Assembly (NCBI RefSeq): GCF_006345805.1
Contig: NC_043001.1
Span: 107,012,001 to 107,076,000, forward strand
From: Octopus sinensis
Lineage: Eukaryota
DNA: 64,000 nucleotides
Direction: 5' to 3'
Shown: piece after piece, positions 27,601 to 39,600 of the stretch
Numbering within the stretch: position 1 is the stretch's first letter
Layout of the letters: the number at the start of each line of letters is the position of its first letter
Made by a program: the position numbers and the translations under genes
The notes under the pieces: model-generated
Told to the model about the DNA's origin: nothing
What the model saw: the letters and a program-made list of their open reading frames with translations, nothing else
Databases searched by the model: none

Positions 27601-30600
27601 GGTGTCATGGATGTGAGAAGGGAGAGAAGCCACTAGGGGGGCAAGGACACGGTCGAGATATTTGGAGATAAGCTCAGTAGGGCAGTTACAGGCAGAGACG
27701 ATGGGGCAGCCAGGGTTGTTGGGTTTGTGGATTTTGGGGAGGAAGTAAATGGTGGGTGTTCGGACAATGAGGTTGGATGCGGTGTGGGGGAGACGGGAGG
27801 ACGAGATGAGGTCGTGGATGGTTGAGGAGACCGTCTGTTGGTAGCTGGGCGTGGTGTCAGGGCAGTAGATGGAGGTGTCATGGAGTTGGCGGAGAGCTTC
27901 AGCCCTGTAGAGGTCTGCGCGCCATACCAGCACAGCTCCACCTTTGTAGGCCGGTTTAATAATGATGTCAGTGCGTTGTCAGAGGGAACAAAGAGCCGAG
28001 GGTTCGGCTGGGGAGATGTTGAGACGACGGGGACACCTGGAGAAGTTGAACCACTCCAAAGCGCACTGACAGGCGCCTGCAAAAAGATCCACACACACAC
28101 ATATATATATATATATACATACTAGCAGTATCGCCCGGCGTTGCTCAGGTTTGTAAGGGAAATAACTATAAAGCATTTTTAGAGAGTTATAGCCAAAAAA
28201 TAGCAAAAAGATGGAAAGAAATGATGGTAAATTTTTTTTTTTAGTTAAAAAAGGTGGAGTTGCGTCCCCTAGACAGTTTGCGGTTTGTGTTTCTGATTCT
28301 CGACCCCATGTCGAATTTATCGATTTTTTTCAGAACTGAGGGAACTTTTCAAAATTTTCGCTGCGTTAGTTTTGAATTATGACATTGGGCTATGTGTGTG
28401 TCAAGTTTCATCAGAATCGGTTGAAAGCCGTGGTCAGGGTGAGGGTACAAGAAAACAGACACACAGAAACACGCACAGACAAACTGCCGTTTATATAGAG
28501 AGAGATACACATACCAAGGTGTATTGCACTCATAATAGCAAGACCGTGGTTTTGATTCCCAGACTGGGCATTGCATTGTGGTCTTGAGCAAAACACTTCA
28601 TTTCATATTGCTCTGTTATCATTTCGTCATCTGACATGTGGCACATGGTTCACCTGTACAGGTAATATCAGTTTGATAGAGGGAGCGAACTTATGTGAAC
28701 ACAAAACATTTGATCACTCTAAACAAATCATCTGTGTGGTCTAACGACAGGAGTGTCCACTATATATGTATGTGTGTGTGTGTGCTTTGATTAACAAGTA
28801 GCACTACTCAACAAATTTTTTGTTGCATTGATATAAACACTTGGTATTTACTAAATGCTCTAATTTTTTTGCAATCAAAGTATTTCTAAATCTCAAAATG
28901 TTGTTTTCATCACATTGACATCCTAGTCTATTAGGAGAAATATGTGATTAAACTCTCTTTAAATAAAAAAGAAAATGCAAGATAGTATAAGTTTATTCTA
29001 GAACACAATTTGAAACACTTTCCCCAATGAGCAAAGGTTATAGTTTATATTAAACCAATTGATAAACAAGACAGTAGTTACTAGGATGAGGCAAAGCTCA
29101 ATTGCTGTCCCTTCATGCAGGAATTTGCGCTTGAAGCTCTTGCATTTGTGGACCGTCTCAGGGCAAACTCGCTTAATGCTCTGCCATCATATGTTTGTCC
29201 CATCTTCCTTGGTTACACTCTTCCATGGTCTTGAGGTCCTGATGGAACCCCTCACCTTGTTCGTCACTTACTTCTAGGTTCTGAGGGAATCTATCAAGAT
29301 GACTGTACATGAAATGTAGATTTTCTACTCGTGTTACATCCAAGATTACGAAAAGCTGACAACATATTAGCTACAAGAGTTTCATAGTTGTCAGCCTTTA
29401 TATTACCGAGAAAGTTTTCCATCACTACCACAAATGAAAGCCATGTAGTCCTTTCCTTGTCATTCATCTTTCTGGCAAATTCTTAATCATGTACAAGTAT
29501 ATGAATCTGTAGTCCATCAGACACACCTGCCTTGATTTTCTTGAGCAGAAACCGTTGGAAGCATTCACTATCAGTATTTAATGCTTTGACAAGTCCAACT
29601 TCATATGGAGTGGAGGAAATTAATTTGACTGCATATGGCTTGAATGCAAAACTTAAATTTGCATGAAAACTAGAGCATGTAGAACATAACTGTTTTCAGA
29701 TTTGAATTTAGCAGGTTAAAAACAGGAAGAATTAGTAAAAAAAATTTTTTCAAAACGGAGATTTTGAAAAAATTTGTTGACCTGTGTTATTTAACCCTTT
29801 AGTATTTAACCCTTTAGTGTTCAGAATACTCTGTTAAATGTAATGCTTTTTAACTCAAATTGTTTTGAATTAATCATGCATTATCTTATAGCTTTGAGGT
29901 TTCAATGATGTGATTGTTTATTTTCAGAATGGCATTGTAGGTTAGGAGTGAGAGGCCAGATATCACCAGTTTGAATATAAAACATGTAGAATATATTGGG
30001 CCGGATTTGGCCGGTTTAAACACTAAAGGGTTAAACCGGCCATATCCGGCCAAAATAGCTAATCTGTTTTATGTTCAAACTGACCAGATCCAGGCCCTCA
30101 CACCTACCTTACAATGTTATTCTACATTAAGTAATTACACCATCAAGATCTTGAAGATATGAGATAATGCATGATTAATTCAAATCAATGGGAATCAATA
30201 AGCATTATGTTTGATAGAATAATCTGAATGCTAAAGGTTTAAATATCCTCAAAACCTTGTCAAAAATACAGAATAAAATATTTTTTCAAATTATGAAAAT
30301 ATACCACCAGTGATGCATATGGCAGAAGTTTGTGAAGGAACCACTGGTGGTTAATGTGTTACTTAAATATTTCTGAAGTAACATTTTCCTTTCTAATAAT
30401 CTACCAAGTTCAGTTTTAGCTAGTTTGATGTAGATAATTGACAACAATATTAAGGTTTATTAATTTGAGTTCAACCATAATCTTCTCTTTCTCTGACACC
30501 TAATAACATATGATTTCCTTTCTCTTGATTTTAGATAACTAAAATAATAAGAAAATGTCTGCTTTAGATGTTTTGTCTTTCTACTAGTCCACCTGTATTC

Positions 30601-33600
30601 TCTGCAATACTAGTATGCTTTTTTTTCCTGCTGCACCACCTCACTTTTTAATATTGCATCCAAAACATTGAAAGCAAGTAACTTATTGTAAGCTTTTGTG
30701 CCAATTTCTGCACACTTTCATGTTTGTTGCTTGTTAATGTATTCATTGCTTGTTAGCGTATTCATTGCTAACTCAATTTGTATCCCACACTGAAAGCTTT
30801 GCTGTAGTGATATTTTATTTTCTATTTAAACCTAAATAAACTTTTTTACTTTATATTGGACTGAGATTTAAAAAAAAAAATTATGTAAATGTAAAAGTTG
30901 TTTAAAAGATCATTGGAATATATATATTTATATATTTATTTTATATTGCAAATATTTTAATTTGAAAATGTTAAAGTACTGGAGTTTTATTTTCTATTTG
31001 TGAAATCTGTAATTGATTTAATAAATATAATAAAATAAGAAAGATTTAAAAAATGAAATATCAGATGCATTTCTTAAGTGTTTGCTACAAGATTTAAAAA
31101 ATGGATGCTGCCTCAGTTTAATTAACAACCTTAAATTTAAATTATTATTGTTATTATTATTATTATCATTATTATTATTTCTTTGATTAAATTTCTGGTA
31201 GGTTTGCTTCTATTAAATCTTTTGTTACTTTCTTTATATTTTGAAGTAAACACTGCTTTCTTCAATTATTTCAGTGCCAAGTCAACGTTGGGATAGCCAT
31301 GTTCATGATGGTTACAAGCGTCCAACAAAAACACCTGATAATCATAAGTTATATTGGGACGGCTCTAAAAGTTCAAGAGTGGGTGATGAGCTTGAGAAAT
31401 GTTCCAGTCGTGCTTATGGAGGACAAGGTTAGATTATTTTTATTTACCTTTAACATTCAGATTACTCTATAAGTGTAATGCTCATTTATATTCTCATTAT
31501 TTTGAATTAATCATGCATTATATAATTAATCAGGTTGTCCTTTAGAGAGGCATACCCAATGACTGGTGTAGCAACATTACAATCAACTACTACAAAGGTA
31601 AAGGTGATGCCTTAGAAATAATTACAGAGGTATCATTACTGAACCAGTTCATGAAAGTTACAGTGAGGGTCATAGCGAACCTAATTAGAAAGAAAGTTAG
31701 TCTAGATGAGATGCAGTTTAGTTTTGTGCTAGGGAGAAGCACTACTGATGTTTATCTTCCTGGTAAGGCAACAGCTAGAGAAGAATGTAGCCAAAAATAA
31801 ACCTCTGTACTTGGCTTTTGATGACACAGAAAAAGCCTTTGACAGCTTCCACCACTCCCTTATCTGGTGTTAAGTGTGGAAGTTAGGGATAGATGAGTGG
31901 TTGGTGAGAGCTGTACAAGCCATGTAGAGGGATGCTGTCAGTGAGGCGAAAATCAGCAATGGGTATAGCGAATTTAGTGTACAAGTAGGAGTTCACCAAG
32001 GGTTGATTCTCATCTCCCTCCTGTGAGTCATAGTTCTCTAGGCCAGGAGCTCCTCCAAGTTGATGACTTTGTTCTTATAGGTAAATGACTACCATAACTA
32101 GAGAAGAAATTTCAGGTGTGCAAACAAGGTCCTGAATCAAAGGGCCTTAGAGTTAATTGAACAAAAACTTAAGTCCTAGTAAGTAGGAAAGCATGCACTG
32201 TAGATTCTTAGAAGTAGTAGTCAGCTTCTGTTAGCTTCACAACTGAATTAGCAATGAAGGAGGATGCTTTGAAAGTGTAGTTGCTCGAATAAGAACAGGC
32301 TGGGCATAGTTCAAAGAGCTACTACTTTTGTTGGTAACAAAGGCTTCTCCCTCAGAGTGCAAGACATTGTATGATGCCTGTGTACAACTATGCTACATGG
32401 CAGTGAAACATGGGCTGTGACTACAGAGGGCATGTGAAGGCTTGAAAGAAATGAAGTCAGCATGCTCTGCTGAATGAGTACTGTCAGTGTGCATGTTCCA
32501 CTGTGTGTAAATGATTTTAGAGAAAGATTAGGTATAAGTGGAATCAGATGTGTGTAAGGGTGAAAACTACTTGTATACGGATGAGGACAGCTGTACCAAG
32601 AAGTACCACTCTCTAATTATGGAGGGAATGTGCAAGGGGTAGATCCAGGAAGATGTGGGATGAAGTGCCAAGAAAGGATCTTCAGATCTCAAGCTTCACA
32701 GGAAATGACAAGGGACTGAGACTTCTGGCGATTTTCTGTGCAGCTAAGTAAATTTGTGACCATCCATACATGTGGGCATTTCCTTTATGATCCTGCCCCA
32801 CTCTCATACACACATAATCTATCAGAACTCCCTCACCTACTGCAGGCCCCTCTGCACTCTCTCCATGCCCTCACCTATCTACCATACCTCCCTCCCATCC
32901 ACTCCAATTTCTTTCATCATCACTTGCTACCGTCATGTCTTCTCCATCTCTAAACACCTCCTCTCATGCTACCTGGTGGCAACTCGGATGCAGGTGTCAC
33001 ATAAAAAGTATGCAGGTGTCACATAAAATGCACCTAGTACATTCAGTAATTAGGAAGGACATCCAGCTGTAGAAGCCATGCCAGAGCAGACAATGAATCT
33101 TAGTGTAGCTTACCAGCTCTTGTCAAACTGTCCAACTCATACCAGCATGGAAAATGGACGTTTAATGATGATGATACATTGGTTAGTTAGTGGTGGAATG
33201 ATAAAAGTTGACCTATCACTAAACAACAATGCTAAGCACAACATTCAAAGTCAGAATGAAGTTTAGTGGCATTCATCCTTTCTAATGGTTTTGCTTCCTG
33301 AGAGTCACTTGTTGACATATATCTCCACATAATCTTACAAGAATATGCAATCTGTTTGTCTGTCTCTAGATTGGATGGTTGTATATTAAACTGACTATTT
33401 TACCTTTTAGCTGAGTATTCTCCCTTGTGATGGCATTACAGCAAGGTTAGAATTTCTAGACTTATTGCACGTTGAGATAAACGATTTGCCTGTTAATAAC
33501 TCCTCTGATCACAGTTCTGCTCCGATATATATATATATATATATTAGTGTACATTTAAACACAAGAGAAACTACCTTTAACAGGTAATTTTACACGTCAG

Positions 33601-36600
33601 AAGAAGCAGTCAAAAACGACCGAAACTACATTTAAGTGGAATTTCGAAGGAATGAAAAAATAGAAACTTTTACCTTATTATATTTTACAGTTATACCTAG
33701 TTTCAAATTTTTTTAGCTAATAAAATAATTTGCTAGCAAAATTCCCATCAGTAACCGCGCCATAAGATAAACATATATTTTAAAGACAAATAACACGTCT
33801 CATCATTATATGTTATAATTTTTCAAATTCACCGTGCAAGCGCAGTTTCAGTCCGCAGTGGATGAAAGATGCCAAGCTGATCTTCAAAGTGCTAAAATCA
33901 TATACATAAAATATATAGGATAGCGAATATTTTTAGAAATTTCACTACCAGTGGCCTAGCATGTATAAAAAGTCAATAGCCAACATATTCTCAATATAAA
34001 ATAGTGTACATTTAAGCACATGAGAAGCTACCTTTACAAGGTGTGTGTATATGTATATATATATTTTTATATATATGTGTGTATGTATATATGTGTTTAT
34101 ATATATATATCATCATCATCGTTTAATGTTCGTTTTCCATGCTAGCATAGGTTGGATGGTTCAACTGGGGTCTGGGAAGCCAGGAGGCTGCACCAGGCTC
34201 CAGTCTGCTCTGGCAGTGTTTCTACAGCTGGATGCCCGTCCTAACGCCAACCACTCCATGAGTGTAGTGGGTGCTTTTTACGTGGCACCGGCACAGGTGC
34301 CAGGGGAGGTTGGCAATGGCCACGATCGGTTGGTGCTTTTTACGTGCCACCAGCATGGAAGCCAGTCAAGGTGGCACAGGTATCGCAACTACAATTTCCT
34401 TTTTTTTTTTTTTTTTTTTTTTTTTTTGAATGTTTATGTACTTGACTCAATAGGTCTTCTCAAGTTTTTTACTCAGGAGCCCAGGTGGAAGGTAAAGTTA
34501 GACACAGGGGCCCAGGTCTAAGGAGGTTAAGGCAAATGAATATACTTCATGAAAAATGAAGTAGAATACACACCTATGCATTCTTTCCTTCTCATTGTGT
34601 TGGACAAGATCTGTAAATTGAAAACCATTTAAATTTTATTTAACATGGCAATTTGCCTTCTCCATTTTCAGTCCCCACTGCCCCCTCCTAACAAGAGTAA
34701 CTGGTATTATACTAAGATGCAAAGATTCCCTCTTTACGAAGAAAAAAAGATGTAAAATTGCTTTATTATGAATTTCATAGACAGTAAATATTAAAAATAT
34801 TTTCAGTAAGACTGTAAATTATCTCATGTCATACATGATACCAAAGCCCCCCCCCCCAACCATTATGCCATGGACCAGTACCAGGTCATCATTTGGTACA
34901 GGGCTGAAAAAAAAACAAAAATTAAAAAAACAAGAAGTTTTATTTCATTTTATTTACTTGCAGTCTACAGTGTTTTTGTATTATATATGCAAGAACTGAA
35001 CTGTACATTATGCTTTTATTATTTTATGTGTCTGATTTCCTGTTCTTGCATGAAACTAGTCCATGGTACAAAAATGGTTGATGACCACAACAAAATATTG
35101 TTTCTAACATAATTTAGGCTCCTAAAAAGTGAGTTATTTCCCTTGTTCTTAATCAAATTCACATCATTTGTATATATGTAGCTTAATTGTTTTGAAGAGA
35201 ACAGTGGACACACACACATCCTGAGATGGATAGTTTTGTGATTGAATTATAATATTTTCTATTTGTCTTACCATAATTCTTTTTCTCCCAATATGTCTTG
35301 CCAGTACAGCTTTTAGGTAAGGAATTATCTTAGAAATGAAATAACTTTTAATCTTATTAAGACTATATCCTTTCTACTATGGGCACAAGATCTGAAATTT
35401 TTGGGAAGATCAGTTAGATCGACCACAGTACGCAACTGGTACTTATTTTATTGACCCCCAGCGGAATTTGAACTCAGAACATAGCAGCAGATGAAATGCC
35501 TGGCATGCTAATGATTCTGCCAGCTCGCCACCTTTTATTAAAACCATATATTTAAAAAAAAAAAAAAACTTGATATCTTTATCAAATTACTGAAATTGTA
35601 AATCACAATGGTGAGCTAGAAAAATCAATACCAAATAATTTCTGATAAACAATAATTGGTTGTTCAACTCATCACAAGCTCTAATAGATCTAGAACCGAA
35701 GGCTTTCCATCTTGTATTTTGTTTCTCATGCAAGACTGCATTAGATAATGTTGCCTTCCTTTTCTTAAACAACCAGGTACAATTGGATGAGATTGTCTCA
35801 GCTCTATTTTTCCTATGGACACCATTGATTCCTATTTTACTCTGCTGGACCCTCATATCCATTTAATGTTTTTTTTAAAAAATCCTATTTTTATAATTAA
35901 GTATTAGGGATTTTGTAAAAAAAAGAAAAAAATTAAAATATTTGCCTAATGTAGAAATATAACAAAAATGTTAACAAAATCTTGTATATGGACCCAGGTT
36001 GAGAACCACTGGCATGGAGGCTCTCTAATTGACTCAAAAGACAATTGGTAATGAGTAGAATAACTATTATTACTTATTTTGGGGCATACATACTGAGAAA
36101 TGAAATATAATTTAATTTTCTCATTTGCCACTTAAAAAAATAAAATGGTCATAAGTAATAATGGTGAATGATGTTGATCATCATCATTTAACATCAATTC
36201 TCCATGCTGACATGAGTTGGCTGGTTTGACCAGAGTTGCCAAGCTGGGGAGCTGTGCCAGCTTCCAACCTGATTAGTTTGGTCTCAACAGGAGGATGTTC
36301 TTCCTTATGCCAACCAATTCATACATGGCACTAGCATGGGTGCTTTCTATGTGGACTGGCACAATCTGAATCCTGAATGATCTGAAATTTATCATTTTTG
36401 AAGTTAGATATGATTGAATTATTGGAAGATGGAGAAAAATAAGTTTTAATCTATGTAGGTATAAGAACCATACTCGTGTGGTCATTATATAGAGTTTTAC
36501 TCCTTTTTCTTAGCTAAACAGGAGTGGGGAGCTATTTTGGTGCCATGTAAAAGGCACCTGTGCTGGCACCATGTATAAAGCACCCAGTACAATCTGTAAA

Positions 36601-39600
36601 GTGGTTGGCATAAAGAAGGGTGTCCAGCTGTAGAAACTATGCCAATACAATCAGCTGAAGCCTGGTTCAGTTCTCTGGCTTGCCAGCTACTATCAAACCA
36701 TTCAACCCATGCCAGCATAGAAAACTGATGATAATGGATAGTGTGTATTATCTCTGCTAGGTGCTTGAGAGTGTTATTGTCATATCTTGGTTGGCATAAA
36801 TTATCTTGATGTGCTTGGTGATTTTATGCCTTAGAAAAGGAATGGAGAAAATGTGATAAGCTCTAGTTCTATGACACAGGTTATTGATTTATTTTGCTGC
36901 GCCAATTCTTGAAAATTGATCAAGTTAAATATTGACTAGTGCTATGGTATGACAAATCCCTACATAAAATAATTGTGATGAGTTTTTGTAAAGTGTTTTT
37001 TGTTGGATAGGGGGCATCTATTACATTTTAACCCTTTCGCATTTAAACTGGTCATATCCAGCCAAAATATTCTACCTATTTAATGTTCAAACCAGACATC
37101 TAGCCTCTCACATCTATGCTATAACATCATTCTACAAATAGATAATCATATTGAAATCTTGCAGCTGTGAAGCAGTGCATAATTAATTCAAAACATAATG
37201 AATAAATAAGGATTTATATTTGATAAAGTAAGCTGGATGCCAAAGGGTTAAATAGTAATTGTGCTGATACGAACAAGCCCCATGCCTCCATGTTGAAGGA
37301 CAAACCCATGAGGAAACTTATAGCCACTAGTCTGGTAGAAATAGCTGCAAAATTTTACTCAAATCACTTGCTACTGTCTTAAGAATGGAAGAAGCTCATT
37401 TAGCAAACATACTCCTAGGTACATTATACTTTCAATAAATATATAGAAAAAACCAGCAACATGATATTCTTCTTAAAAAAAAAGTGTGAGAGAAGATTGT
37501 AGGTAAGAAATGTGTCTGCAGAGATGATGGTGCACTTGCATTTAATGATTCTGCAAAGAAAGAGGCTTGCAAATGCCATTATGAAAGACTGCTGGATGTG
37601 GAAAATGAATGAGAGGAGGAGAGTCTGCCAAACATTGACCCAACTGAGGGGCTAGTTCTCTGAATTGACAGTAGATTAGTAGGTAAAGTAATTAAGGAGA
37701 AAGTTTCTGGCTCATCAGATATTGCCACTGAAATGCTTAAAATATCTGGCAGAGTAGGATATAGCCTAGTCAACTGTATAGTTAATCAGATTGTTCACGA
37801 GGGAGTCATACTCAATGATTGGTGTATCAGCAGCATAGTCAACTGCTTCAAAGGCAATGGCGACACCTTAGGAATAATTACAGAAGCATCAAACTGCTGG
37901 ACCAGGTGATGAAAATCATGGAGAGGGTCATAGCTCAACTAATTAAGGAGAGAATTAGACTTGATGAGATGCAGTTTGGATTTGTGCCAGGTAGGAGCAA
38001 GACTGATGCTATATTCCTAGTTAGGCAGCTACAAGAGAAATATCTAGCCAAAAATAAACCCCTGTTCCTTTATATCTGGTGGTCAATGTGGAAGCTAGGG
38101 ATAGATGGTGTGAACTGTACAAGCCATGTACAAGGATGCTGTCAGTAAGCTGAAGGTTAGCGATGAGTATAGCAAGGAATTCAGAGGATAAGGATCAGTT
38201 CTCAGCCCCTTCTTGTTCATCATAGTCCGCCAGACAATAACGGGAATTTAAGACTGGCTTCCCCTGGGAGTTCCTCTATGCTGATGATCTTCCTGTAGCT
38301 TAATCACTACCTGAACTAGAGAAATTCCAGGTGTGGAGGCAAGGCCAAGAATCAAAGGGCCTTAGAATTAATCTCGCAAAAATCAAAGTCTTAGTAAGTA
38401 GGAGAGCAGACAAATCACAAATTCAGTTAGATGGCCCGGCTCAATCTGTAGGAAAGGTGTTGGAAAATGTACCCAGTGCAAGCTTTGGACACATTAGAGG
38501 TGCAGCAATATCAGAGGAAGGTTAACTGGGAAAATAACACCGAAAATGTATAGAAAATAGATTCAACTGCCACTGGGGTAAGCCAGGAGTAGTAGATAGC
38601 TTTTGTTATCTAGGTGACCCAAGTTCGTAGTAGAGGTGGATGCTCTTAGAGCATAGCTGTGAGAATAAGAATAGGCTGAGCAAAGTTCAGAGAGCTCCTA
38701 CCTTTGCTGGCAACAAAGGACCACTCCTTCAGAGTGAAAGGCAGACTGTATGATGTCTGTGTGCAAATAGCTATGTTATATCGCAGTGAAACATGGGCTG
38801 TGACAGCCAAGGCCATTCCGTAGGCTTGAAAGAAATGAAGCTAGTATGTTTCACTGGATGTGCAATGTCAGTGTACATGTATAACGGAGTATAAGTATCT
38901 TGAGAGAAAAGTTGGGTATAAGAGGCATCAGATGTGGTGTGCAAGAGAGACGATTGTGCTGGTATGGTCATGTGTTGTGTATGGATGAGGGCAGCTGTGT
39001 ATAGTGACTGAGACCTTTGGGGATATGCCTTGCTTGAGAGGACTTGTCAAGCCAAGTGAAATTGTAGTCGTGGCAGATACCGGTGTCATGCAAATGGCAC
39101 AGAAAAGCACCCATTACACTCTCAGAGTGGTTAGCATTAAGAAGGGCCATCCAGCCGTAGAAACTATGCCAAATCAGACTGGAGCCTGGTACAGCTTTCT
39201 AGCTTGCCCATCCTGATCAAACCATCCAACCTATGCCAGTATGGACAATGGACATTAATGATGATGATGATGATGAATCCACCACACTACCATATATTGT
39301 AGTAAAAGTACTTGGACATTAATATGATTATATTTTCTATCTTACACACACACACACACTACTTTTCACTGCTTAATAAAAGCCTTGTTTAACTGAATTA
39401 TTTTATTGATCTTGTTACAGTAATGTCTTGGGATGGTAGCAAATCTCTGCTTGATCAACAACTTGAACGTGAGAGGAGCAGGCACGATCGGTACATGTCA
39501 CATGATTACAATGACGATTATGATCGTGGAAAAGTAAGTTGGTTTTCTTTCTTCTAATCTACAATCTCTCATTTCAGAGAAGTTTCCAAGTAGTTCTTTC

